In this document: positions 18,434-26,859 of the stretch, one piece after another
How positions within the stretch are numbered: position 1 is the first letter of the stretch
How the letters are laid out: the number at the start of each line of letters is the position of its first letter
Assembly: GCA_947627545.1 (NCBI GenBank)
Contig: CANQWK010000002.1
Span: forward strand, 39,864 to 103,863
DNA length: 64,000 nt
Reading direction: 5' to 3'
Origin: an uncultured Clostridia bacterium
GTDB taxonomy: Bacteria > Bacillota > Clostridia > Christensenellales > UBA1242
Made by a program: the position numbers and the translations under genes
Notes under the pieces: model-generated
Database searches by the model: none
What the model was told of the DNA's origin: nothing
The model's input: only the letters and a program-made list of their open reading frames with translations

Positions 18434-20149
18434 ATGAAAAGGCTAATTGGGTACATTAAAAAATATAAATGGTCCGCTATTATTGGGCCAATTTTTAAAA
18501 TGTTTGAAGCCGTACTTGAACTTTTAAATCCAATTTTAGTTGCAAAAATTATAGATATTGGTGTTAGAAATAGAGATTGGAATTTTATTTCTAAACTTGG
18601 CTTTTTAATTTTGGTGTGCAATTTAGCTGGTTTTATTTTTAGTGTTATAAGTCAAAAATTAACCGCTCGCACTTGCGTTGGCGTTGCAACCGATATGCGA
18701 AAAGATGTGTTTAACAAAGTTGCCTCTTTTTCGCACGCCGAATTAGATAAATTTGGCACTTCTTCCATTATAAATCGCCTTACTAACGACATAACTCAAG
18801 TTGAAAATGCCGTTTCGGTGTTTCTTAGAATGATGATAAGAGTGCCATTTCTTTTAATTGGCGCTTTTGCACTAAGTTTAACAATAAATTATAAAATGTC
18901 GTTTATATTTTTAATTTTAATTCCTATAATAAGCATAATTCTGTTTGTTTACATTAAAAAAACCACGCCATATTTTAAAAAAATTAGGGTAAAGTTAGAT
19001 AATATTAGCCGTGTAACAAAAGAAAATCTTTCAGGCACGCGAGTTATTAGGGCGTTCAACAAGCAAAAAGACGAGCAGGCTAGGTTTGAAAACACAACCG
19101 AAGATTACACCGATACTATTGTAAAAGTTTCCAAAATTGCCACGTTTTTGCATCCGTTTATCTTTCTTATTGTAGATATTGCCACAATTGCTTTGCTATA
19201 TTTTGGAGCATTTCAAATTAACATTGGAAGAATGACCCAGGGCGATGTTATTGCGCTTATTGATTACATTTCAATAATAACTATTTCGCTGTTGCTACTT
19301 TCTCAAATTATTGCGTTGTTTGTGCGAACATCGGCAAGTTTGCATAGGCTAGACGAAATTATGGACACTAATGTTTCGGTTGTGGAAAAACCTAACGCTA
19401 AAAAAATTAATAAACAAAACTATGCGGCACTAATGGAATTTAAAAATGTTTGCTTTAATTACACCGGCTCAACTAATGCAAAATCGTTTCTTAAAGATTT
19501 GTCCTTTAGCATTTATCCGCACCAAACAATAGGCATAATAGGTGGCACAGGTAGCGGAAAAACCACAATTGCCAACCTAATGACAAGGTTTTACGATGTT
19601 ACTTCTGGCGAAATATTGTATAAGGGCGTAAACATAAAAGATTACAGCATAAAACAACTTAGGCAGGAAATAAGCATTGTTCAGCAACGCAGCACGTTAT
19701 TTAGCGGCAGCCTAAAAGAAAATATGCAGTTGCGCGGTGCAGCCTCGGATGAAGAAATTGTTAAAGCCTTAAAAATTAGCCAGGCATGGCAGTTTGTTAG
19801 CGAATGGAAAAATGGGCTAGATTATCAAATTATGGCTGGTGGCAAAAATGTTAGTGGCGGACAAATGCAAAGACTAACTATTGCAAGGGCATTAATAAAC
19901 AACCCTGAAATGATAATTTTAGATGACAGCAGTTCGGCTTTGGACTTTTTAACCGATAGCAATTTGCGAAAATCGTTAAAAAAACTTAATAGCACCTTAG
20001 TTTTAATTTCGCAACGCGCCACTTCAATTATGAATAGCGATTTAATTATAGTGTTAGATAATGGAGATGTTGTTGGAATGGGCAAGCATAAAGACCTTAT
20101 AAAAAACTGCGAAATATACAGGGAGATTTATGAAAGCCAAAGTAAATGA
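18434..20149 (+). CDS. ABC exporter half-transporter (TMD-NBD), degenerate-site partner
   Basis: 571 aa. Walker A: GGTGSGKTT. Signature: VSGGQMQRLTIARAL. Walker B: IILDDSSSALD, with Asp in place of the catalytic Glu. There is no SD; the promoter -10 ends 7 nt before the ATG. Confidence 0.9.
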   Translation: MKRLIGYIKKYKWSAIIGPIFKMFEAVLELLNPILVAKIIDIGVRNRDWNFISKLGFLILVCNLAGFIFSVISQKLTARTCVGVATDMRKDVFNKVASFSHAELDKFGTSSIINRLTNDITQVENAVSVFLRMMIRVPFLLIGAFALSLTINYKMSFIFLILIPIISIILFVYIKKTTPYFKKIRVKLDNISRVTKENLSGTRVIRAFNKQKDEQARFENTTEDYTDTIVKVSKIATFLHPFIFLIVDIATIALLYFGAFQINIGRMTQGDVIALIDYISIITISLLLLSQIIALFVRTSASLHRLDEIMDTNVSVVEKPNAKKINKQNYAALMEFKNVCFNYTGSTNAKSFLKDLSFSIYPHQTIGIIGGTGSGKTTIANLMTRFYDVTSGEILYKGVNIKDYSIKQLRQEISIVQQRSTLFSGSLKENMQLRGAASDEEIVKALKISQAWQFVSEWKNGLDYQIMAGGKNVSGGQMQRLTIARALINNPEMIILDDSSSALDFLTDSNLRKSLKKLNSTLVLISQRATSIMNSDLIIVLDNGDVVGMGKHKDLIKNCEIYREIYESQSK

Positions 20150-20155
20150 CGTCGC

Positions 20156-20300
20156 AAGTCTCACTTTTGCTAATTTGCTGCATTTTATTCCGCAAATGTA
20201 AGCCTAAGTTCGCTTGCTCCTTAACCCCATTACGCAACAAGTGCTTATGGGGACCCCAAAGTCTCACTTTTGCTAATTTGCTGCATTTTATTCCGCAAAT
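20156..20300 (+). repeat. 42-nt perfect direct repeat pair flanking a 61-nt GC-richer core (period 103 nt)
   Basis: aagtctcacttttgctaatttgctgcattttattccgcaaat occurs at 20156-20197 and again at 20259-20300. Each copy contains atttgc...gcaaat (a 6-bp inverted repeat). The core carries the hairpin ccccat(20225-20230)/atgggg(20247-20252) with an inner gca/tgc pairing. Confidence 0.9.
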
Positions 20301-20330
20301 CTTTTACTTGTAATAATAAAAAAAGGAAAA

Positions 20331-22085
20331 ATGAAAAAACAAAATTTAAAAAACATATTTTCTAAATTATTAAATTATGTTCGCCCTCATAAGCGGTCAT
20401 TTTTCCTTGCCATAATTTTTAATTTGCTTGCTATAACTCTTAATATGATAATTCCTATATTTTCAGGCAAGGCTATTGACACCATGATTGGCATTAATAA
20501 TGTGGATTTTAAAATATTGTTTGATTGCCTTTTTACTATTGCTGTGCTTACAATTTTCAGTTCGTTATTCGATTGGTTAGGCAGTTTTTATATGAATATT
20601 TTAACATATAAAACCGCACAATCCATTAGAAACGGCATTTACAAAAAATTAAACAATGTGCCTATTAAATATATAGATAACACTTCGCATGGCGACATAA
20701 TGAACACCATGATTGCTGATGTGGAAAACGTTACTGACGGCTTTTTAGAAGGATTTTCAACAATCATTCAGGGCGTGTTTCAGTTGATTGTGGTTATGAT
20801 TATGATGTTAGTGCTAAATTGGGGGCTTGCATTGGTGGTTATAGTGGTTGCACCGCTATCGCTTGTTTTTGCAATAAACATAACAAAAAAAAGCCGCAAA
20901 CTTTACAAAATTAGGGTGGAAATGCAAGGCGAGTTGAGTGGTTATAGCGAAGAAATGATTACAAACATGAAAATTATTAAAGCGTTTAATAGTGAGCAGT
21001 CCACCACCGATAAATTTGATGAAATTAACAAAAAATTAGGCAAAGCAAGTGAAAAATCGGTATTTTATGCATATATTGCCATGCCTGCGGCTAGGCTTGT
21101 TAACGGAATTTTATATGGATGCATTGGGGTTATTGGTGCGTTGCTTGCCATTAAAGGAAAAATTAAAATAGGCCGCATTTCGTCATTTTTAAGTTATAGT
21201 GATAACTATACTAGGCCATTTAACGATTTAACTAGCATTTTTGCCGATTTAAATATTGCCGTTGCAAGTGCCAACAGAGTGTTTGGCTTGCTAGATGAAG
21301 GCGAAGAAATTAGTGATGCCGAACTTCCAAATTTAACCAAATGCAACGGCGAAGTTGACATTAAAAATGTGGCTTTTAGTTATGATGAAAATTTTAAACT
21401 TATTTCTAATTTAAATTTAAATGTAAAAAAGGGCGAGCGTGTTGCAATTGTTGGGCCAACAGGTTGCGGCAAAAGCACAATTATCAATTTGCTAATGCGC
21501 TTTTACGATGTAAATAGCGGCAGCATTAAAGTTAGCGGAAAAGATATTAGAAAAGTTTCAAGGCACTCTTTTAGAAATTTCTATGGCATGGTGCTACAAG
21601 AAAGTTGGCTATACAACGCCAGCATTAAGGACAATGTGGCTTACGGCAAACCAAATGCCACTATGGATGAAATTATAGAAGCCTGCAAACTTGCAAACGC
21701 AGATGCCTTTATTCAAAAATTGCCAGATGGCTACAACACAATAATAACCGAACGTGCGGACAACATAAGTGCAGGACAAAAACAACTGCTATGTATTGCC
21801 AGAATAATGCTATTAAAACCTCCAATGATGATTTTAGACGAAGCAACAAGCAACATAGATACTCGCACCGAAATGAAAATACAGCAGGCACTTAACACAA
21901 TTATGGAAGGGCGAACCTGCTTTATAGTGGCACATAGATTATCTACAATAGAAAATGCCGATATAATTTTGGTTATGAATAAGGGTAAAATTATAGAGCA
22001 GGGCAAACATAAAGAATTGCTAGAAAAACAAGGTTTTTATTATCAACTTTTCAATTCGCAATTTGATGTTGCCAAAAGCAATTAG
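20331..22085 (+). CDS. ABC exporter half-transporter (TMD-NBD), consensus-site partner
   Basis: 584 aa. Walker A: GPTGCGKST. Walker B: MILDEATSNID (canonical Glu). Non-canonical signature: ISAGQKQLLCIARIML. AGGA SD present. Confidence 0.9.
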   Translation: MKKQNLKNIFSKLLNYVRPHKRSFFLAIIFNLLAITLNMIIPIFSGKAIDTMIGINNVDFKILFDCLFTIAVLTIFSSLFDWLGSFYMNILTYKTAQSIRNGIYKKLNNVPIKYIDNTSHGDIMNTMIADVENVTDGFLEGFSTIIQGVFQLIVVMIMMLVLNWGLALVVIVVAPLSLVFAINITKKSRKLYKIRVEMQGELSGYSEEMITNMKIIKAFNSEQSTTDKFDEINKKLGKASEKSVFYAYIAMPAARLVNGILYGCIGVIGALLAIKGKIKIGRISSFLSYSDNYTRPFNDLTSIFADLNIAVASANRVFGLLDEGEEISDAELPNLTKCNGEVDIKNVAFSYDENFKLISNLNLNVKKGERVAIVGPTGCGKSTIINLLMRFYDVNSGSIKVSGKDIRKVSRHSFRNFYGMVLQESWLYNASIKDNVAYGKPNATMDEIIEACKLANADAFIQKLPDGYNTIITERADNISAGQKQLLCIARIMLLKPPMMILDEATSNIDTRTEMKIQQALNTIMEGRTCFIVAHRLSTIENADIILVMNKGKIIEQGKHKELLEKQGFYYQLFNSQFDVAKSN

Positions 22086-22102
22086 TGGCATTCGCCATTT
22101 TT
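22086..22102 (+). terminator. Weak hairpin + T run after the second ABC gene
   Basis: tggc-attc-gcca (a 4-bp stem only), then TTTTT. Confidence 0.3.
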
Positions 22103-22183
22103 CTATTGATAAAATTTTATTTGCTATTTCTTATAGAATATTAATAAACAAATTAATAAATAAAAATTCAAAAATAAAAACAC

Positions 22184-22212
22184 TTGAAATATTTATTAAG
22201 TTGTGATATATT
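22184..22212 (+). promoter_or_regulatory. Promoter of the third ABC exporter gene; leaderless geometry
   Basis: TTGAAA (22184-22189), a 17-nt spacer, TGaTATATT (-10 at 22207-22212), then 6 nt (ttttat) and ATG 22219. There is no SD. Confidence 0.55.
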
Positions 22213-22218
22213 TTTTAT

Positions 22219-24063
22219 ATGATAATTCAATCTAAAACCAACGAAGTTAATTGTAAAAACAAAAAATTTAACTTTTGGCAATATTTTAAACCGCATAAAT
22301 GTCTTATTGCGGCTTATATTTTTCTTCAAGTGGTGTTTATTGCAATATCGGTTGCCATGACGTTGCTCGGCGCACAATTTATTGCAAAAGTAACAACGGG
22401 TGCTTATCAAACAGCAATCCGCATCCTTTTAATTGAACTGGTTATCTACATTGCCAATCGTTTGTTGGAATATGTTAGCAACTTTATATATTATCAACTG
22501 CAATTTAGGCTAACCAAAGCAATGAGTTTTGACATTGTGGAGCAATCGTTTGGCGTTGCGTCTAAGGCGTATAGCGACCATAACACTGCAAACTTTACTC
22601 AGCGCATTGGCAACGACCCTTATACAATTTTTAGTGCTTGTAATACAATTATAAACAGGGTGGCAAGTTTTGTTAATTCGGCAATTGTGGTTGGCTATAT
22701 TTTAGTTGTAAGTCTGCCTGTGGGGTTGGTGTGTCTTGCATCCGCCTTGCTGGGTATAGTTATTAACATATATCGCAAAAATAAGGTTAGGAAAATGCAA
22801 AAAGAAAATCATAGGCGCAACGAAAAATATTCTAGCCTTTTAAACGAAGTTGTTAGAAGTGAACGCGATATAAAATCCTTAAATTTGGAAGAAAAATTGG
22901 TTAAACAAGCCAAATCCACTTATAATGATGATAAATTATATTCAATTAAAACCAATATGTTTGATTACCGCTGGTGGACAGTTCAACAATTTTGCGGTTA
23001 TTTTTTAAACAGTGTGGTTTTAGTTTTAGGCATAAAGTTTCTGGATTTAGGCTTATTAACCCTTGCATCGTTTATGATTATTAACTCTAATCGCGGTTAT
23101 TTAAATCAATTAATTAGTGGATTTGAGCAAATTTACACTCAATATAATAACATTGGACTTGCAGTGGAGCGAATTAGCGAACTTTATGAAGATGATGAGT
23201 ACGAACTAGAAAAATTTGGAACAGTTAGCAGAAAAAAACTTAAAGGCAAAATTGAATTTAAAAATGTTGGCTTTACATATATTGAATATAAGCAGCGCGA
23301 TGAAAAAGAAATTCAGTTAGAAAAGAAATCGAACAAGCGGCAGCACATAAAAGCAAAAGTGCCAACTCGCGTTGTTGTTGGCAAAAATAAGGTGTTTGAA
23401 AATTTAAATTTTTCAATTGAGCCAAACACTACGGTTGCATTTGTGGGCAAATCTGGAAGTGGCAAATCTACAATTTTAAATTTAATTTCAAAAATGTATA
23501 TGGTAGATGATGGCAAAATTACAATAGACGGCATTAATATTAACAGTTTGAATAAAGATACCATTCGTTCTTCCATTGCACTTGTTAATCAGTTTCCATA
23601 CATTTTTGATATGACCATTAAAGAAAACCTGCTGCTTGCAAAACCAGACGCAACCGATGCAGAACTTGAACAAGTTATTAAAGATAGCGCCTTAGATGAA
23701 TTTATTGCAACACTATCTCAGGGGTTGAATACACGCGTGGGCGAAAGTGGCATTAAACTATCTGGTGGGCAAAAACAAAGGTTGGCAATTGCAAGGGCAC
23801 TACTTAAAAAATCTAGCATAATTTTGTTTGACGAAAGCACATCTTCGCTAGATAACCTTGCGCAAAATCACATTAAGCAGAGCATAGATAACATTAAAGG
23901 TAAATCCACAATTGTTATTGTTGCTCATCGCTTATCAACCATTAAAAATGTTGATAAAATTTTCTTCCTAGATAACGGCCAAATTGTAGATATTGGCACA
24001 TTTGACGAACTATTTAAACGCAACAAAGCCTTTGAAACCATGTTCTTAGCCGAAAATATTTAA
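22219..24063 (+). CDS. Third ABC exporter ATP-binding/permease protein
   Basis: 614 aa. Walker A: GKSGSGKST. Signature: [16 protein letters not shown]. Walker B: ILFDESTSSLD. There is a ~40-aa K/E-rich insert in the NBD (QRDEKEIQLEKKSNKRQHIKAKV). No SD; the promoter -10 ends 6 nt before the ATG. Confidence 0.88.
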   Translation: MIIQSKTNEVNCKNKKFNFWQYFKPHKCLIAAYIFLQVVFIAISVAMTLLGAQFIAKVTTGAYQTAIRILLIELVIYIANRLLEYVSNFIYYQLQFRLTKAMSFDIVEQSFGVASKAYSDHNTANFTQRIGNDPYTIFSACNTIINRVASFVNSAIVVGYILVVSLPVGLVCLASALLGIVINIYRKNKVRKMQKENHRRNEKYSSLLNEVVRSERDIKSLNLEEKLVKQAKSTYNDDKLYSIKTNMFDYRWWTVQQFCGYFLNSVVLVLGIKFLDLGLLTLASFMIINSNRGYLNQLISGFEQIYTQYNNIGLAVERISELYEDDEYELEKFGTVSRKKLKGKIEFKNVGFTYIEYKQRDEKEIQLEKKSNKRQHIKAKVPTRVVVGKNKVFENLNFSIEPNTTVAFVGKSGSGKSTILNLISKMYMVDDGKITIDGININSLNKDTIRSSIALVNQFPYIFDMTIKENLLLAKPDATDAELEQVIKDSALDEFIATLSQGLNTRVGESGIKLSGGQKQRLAIARALLKKSSIILFDESTSSLDNLAQNHIKQSIDNIKGKSTIVIVAHRLSTIKNVDKIFFLDNGQIVDIGTFDELFKRNKAFETMFLAENI

Positions 24064-24189
24064 CTTTTTTGCTTTGCTAGAACATCATTTTTTTGCTTTC
24101 TTTTTGCTTTGCCGGAATATTAAATTTTTGTAGATATTGGCACAATTGACATTGGTTAGAGTTTTAAAAAAAGAGATTTTTGCTAAATT

Positions 24190-25281
24190 TTAGTTCTTTT
24201 TATTAAAATTTTCAATAAAAATTTGGCGGTTGTGCGTTAGGCGAGTATCGTTTGGACTTAATTTTATGGCAGTTTCTATTGTGGAAATTGCCTTTTTATA
24301 TTCGCCAATTTCATAGTAACATAGTGAAAGATAATCGTAAGGAAGGCTGCCCCAACAAGCAGGCGAGGACATATAATTTAAATATCGGTCACTAATTTTT
24401 AGCATTTCATTAAAAACAAAGGCGGCTTTTAAATAATTTTTTTGTTCAAAATAATATGCTCCTAATTCATAATATGGCTCGCGTACATAAGGGCATTCTA
24501 ACACGGCTTTAATTAAAAATTCTTCTTGCAAAGCGGAGTTGTTTAGTTCCTTATGACAAACTGCAATATATCTTAAACTTGCACACCGCTCAATGTCCCA
24601 ATTGGACGTTGGCAAATTTAGGTGGCGGTTAAGCGTTTCAATGGCTTTTTCATATTCTCCATTAAACATATATTCTCTGCCAAGATAGTGCATATTTCGG
24701 TCATCTAGCGGATTTTCTTTAACCGAAAGTTCTAAAAGTGGCAAATAACTTTTTCGAGATTTCGTGTCATCTGCCTTGTGGTTTAACTGAATGTTGGCTA
24801 AGTTGATAGTTTCTAATTTTTCGTTTGTTATAGCAGTTAAAACTTCATGAACAGGGTATTTCCAAGCATAAGCGCCGCGTTTGTGAATTTTGTCCGCCAT
24901 AAACACTACACCTTCGCTGCCATCTGGGTTAAAATTCCAAGTGTAGCGATATCTTGCTCGCCCAGTGTTGTCGCCCCAATTTGATAGTAAAATTTTGCTC
25001 CAACCAGGCTCAAAAAATTCGTCAATATCAACACAAACGCAAATTTCAGCATCGGCAGGAATTAATTTTAAACTATCATTTCGTGCCACGTCAAACCTAA
25101 AATTTGTATAAGGTTTTTGTTCACAAATTATGCCTAACTGCTTAAAATGTTCAAAACTTCCGTCTGAGCTGCCTGTGTCTAAAACACAAACATAATCCGC
25201 TTCTTTAACTGAATTGTACCATCTATCAATAAATTTAATTTCATTTTTTGCTATTGCATAAACACAAATTTTCTTTTTCAT
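24190..25281 (-). CDS. Family-2 glycosyltransferase fused to TPR repeats
   Basis: From ATG 25281 (MKKKICVYAIAKNE...). GT2 signature: VLDTGSSDGS. DxD-like: VDIDEF. C-terminal TPR-like repeats: GEYEKAIETLNRHL, KNYLKAAFVFNEMLKI, GEYKKAISTIETAIKLSPND. Confidence 0.8.
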   Translation of the reverse strand: MKKKICVYAIAKNEIKFIDRWYNSVKEADYVCVLDTGSSDGSFEHFKQLGIICEQKPYTNFRFDVARNDSLKLIPADAEICVCVDIDEFFEPGWSKILLSNWGDNTGRARYRYTWNFNPDGSEGVVFMADKIHKRGAYAWKYPVHEVLTAITNEKLETINLANIQLNHKADDTKSRKSYLPLLELSVKENPLDDRNMHYLGREYMFNGEYEKAIETLNRHLNLPTSNWDIERCASLRYIAVCHKELNNSALQEEFLIKAVLECPYVREPYYELGAYYFEQKNYLKAAFVFNEMLKISDRYLNYMSSPACWGSLPYDYLSLCYYEIGEYKKAISTIETAIKLSPNDTRLTHNRQIFIENFNKKN

Positions 25282-25333
25282 ATTAATTAATATTAAAAAA
25301 CACAAAATATTGTTAAAATTTATAATTAACAAC

Positions 25334-25470
25334 AAAATTTAAAAATTTAATTAAAATAAATAAAAAATTATAAAAAATGTTAAAAAATTAATAAAAATAC
25401 GCAAAAAATGCTAAAAAAATAATTAAAATACACAAAAATTTGTAAAAAATTGCTAAAAAATTAAAAAAAA
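25334..25470. repeat. Helically phased A-tract array (14 tracts)
   Basis: A-run starts counted by hand: 25334, 341, 353, 362, 372, 382, 393, 403, 413, 425, 434, 444, 455, 463. Spacings are 7,12,9,10,10,11,10,10,12,9,10,11,8. Confidence 0.8.
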
Positions 25471-25485
25471 CACCTTGCGGTGTTT
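25463..25485 (-). terminator. Intrinsic terminator after ORFan 25490..26143
   Basis: On the minus strand: aaacacc-gcaa-ggtgttt followed by eight T. Confidence 0.85.
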
Positions 25486-25489
25486 AAGT

Positions 25490-26143
25490 TTAAACAGATT
25501 TAATTTCAGAAATTAAAGAAGTTATCAATTCATTAATTTTAGCAATTTCAAAATTCATATTTTCATATCTTTCAACAGTATTTTTGTATTTATTGTTTGT
25601 TTTAAACGTATTAGGTTCATCAAATTCAACATTAGAAATTTTGTTATTAATGGTTATAAAATATCTCATTTTTGGCAACATTATGCAACTAGATTCCGGT
25701 TCATACGCAGGTTCATTTCTAAGTGAGTTGTGTAAAACTCGGCATAAAGCAATATAAAATTTAATTATATAACTTGTAAATTCTTTTAATTTTTCAGCGT
25801 CATCGGTTAAAATTATGGTTTTTGTTCCAATAACATTTTCACTGCTTTCAGGGTCAATGTAATCTTCTTGCTTATAATACACTGAATTTACGTATTTTTT
25901 GTCTAAAAATTTATTCTGCAATTTGCTTACATCTAAATTTTTATAAACTTGAATAGGGGTGTTGCCCATTCTTTGAAATTGATAAGTTTGCAATAAATTA
26001 AACAAGCGTTGGTCGGTTGTAAGAATAATAATTCCATTGCTGTTAAAACCATGTAATTCGCCAATTAAATTAGCATCTTGAACAAATTTTATAAAATTTT
26101 GTTGTGTAATATCTGTTCGTTTATCAAATAAATGAAAATTCAT
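25490..26143 (-). CDS. Hypothetical protein (217 aa), ORFan
   Basis: A 654-nt ORF in very AT-rich DNA. It has an AGGAG SD, a consensus promoter (TTGACA-17-TACAAT) and a strong terminator downstream. Confidence 0.75.
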   Translation of the reverse strand: MNFHLFDKRTDITQQNFIKFVQDANLIGELHGFNSNGIIILTTDQRLFNLLQTYQFQRMGNTPIQVYKNLDVSKLQNKFLDKKYVNSVYYKQEDYIDPESSENVIGTKTIILTDDAEKLKEFTSYIIKFYIALCRVLHNSLRNEPAYEPESSCIMLPKMRYFITINNKISNVEFDEPNTFKTNNKYKNTVERYENMNFEIAKINELITSLISEIKSV

Positions 26144-26187
26144 AATTCTCCTTTGTTAGAGCAATTGCTCAAAGCATAACGAATTAA

Positions 26188-26216
26188 ATTGTAGCAGATA
26201 ATGTTTGTTTTGTCAA
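26188..26216 (-). promoter_or_regulatory. Promoter of ORFan 25490..26143
   Basis: On the minus strand: TTGACA (rc of 26211-26216), a 17-nt spacer, then TACAAT (rc of 26188-26193). The -35 begins 5 nt after the upstream ORFan's stop. Confidence 0.65.
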
Positions 26217-26220
26217 GAGG

Positions 26221-26685
26221 TTACATAAATTTAAATATATTAATTTGGCTGTTTTGCAAAGCGGACAAAATATCATATAGAATTATAGATAATTCATTTA
26301 AAATTTTTAAAGAATAATGTTTAAAATATTCTTTTTGTTCTAAATTTGCCCAGAACACATTAATTTTTATTAAATTAGAAATTTTTTTTAGCAAACAAAA
26401 AATATTAATTTCTTTTGTTGCTGATGTGTTAATAGAAAAGTTAAATGTTGCATTTAAATTAGATATTATGCTTTCAAATTTTTTTAAGGCGGCGTTTAAA
26501 CTTTTTTTAATGATATAATTGGTTTGTTCTTTTATAAATGGTAAAGACATTTTACATTCTATTAATTCATTAAAAAATTTAAGCACTGTTTCTTTGCGGT
26601 TAAATGGGGAAGAAAAATTTTCAAACTTGGTTTGCAAAAAATTGTATTGCTCGTCAGTTAAAATTGGAAAGTCGTTATAGTCCAT
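26221..26685 (-). CDS. Hypothetical protein (154 aa), ORFan
   Basis: An uninterrupted ORF in ~15-25% GC DNA. It has no SD; TATATT ends 5 nt before the ATG. Confidence 0.65.
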   Translation of the reverse strand: MDYNDFPILTDEQYNFLQTKFENFSSPFNRKETVLKFFNELIECKMSLPFIKEQTNYIIKKSLNAALKKFESIISNLNATFNFSINTSATKEINIFCLLKKISNLIKINVFWANLEQKEYFKHYSLKILNELSIILYDILSALQNSQINIFKFM

Positions 26686-26859
26686 AACTAAATATATGAA
26701 TTAAAACAATAAAATAGAATTATTTAATAAAAAATAAAATATTAATAAAATATTAAAAAATAATTAAAAATTTGAAAAAATATAAAAAATTTTTAAAATT
26801 AATAAAAAAATCATAAAAAAACAAAAAAAATTATAAAAATGCAAAAAATTAAGCAAAAA

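Noticed and set aside
432-23673. Short antisense or overlapping ORFs lie within pheS, pheT, rplA, the ABC genes, dnaI and others. Examples are 432..655, 1564..1914, 8824..9207, 11430..11855, 14219..14461, 21731..22006 and 23313..23576.
   Set aside because: They are nested inside confidently identified genes on the opposite strand or in another frame. They have no SD and no recognisable motifs.
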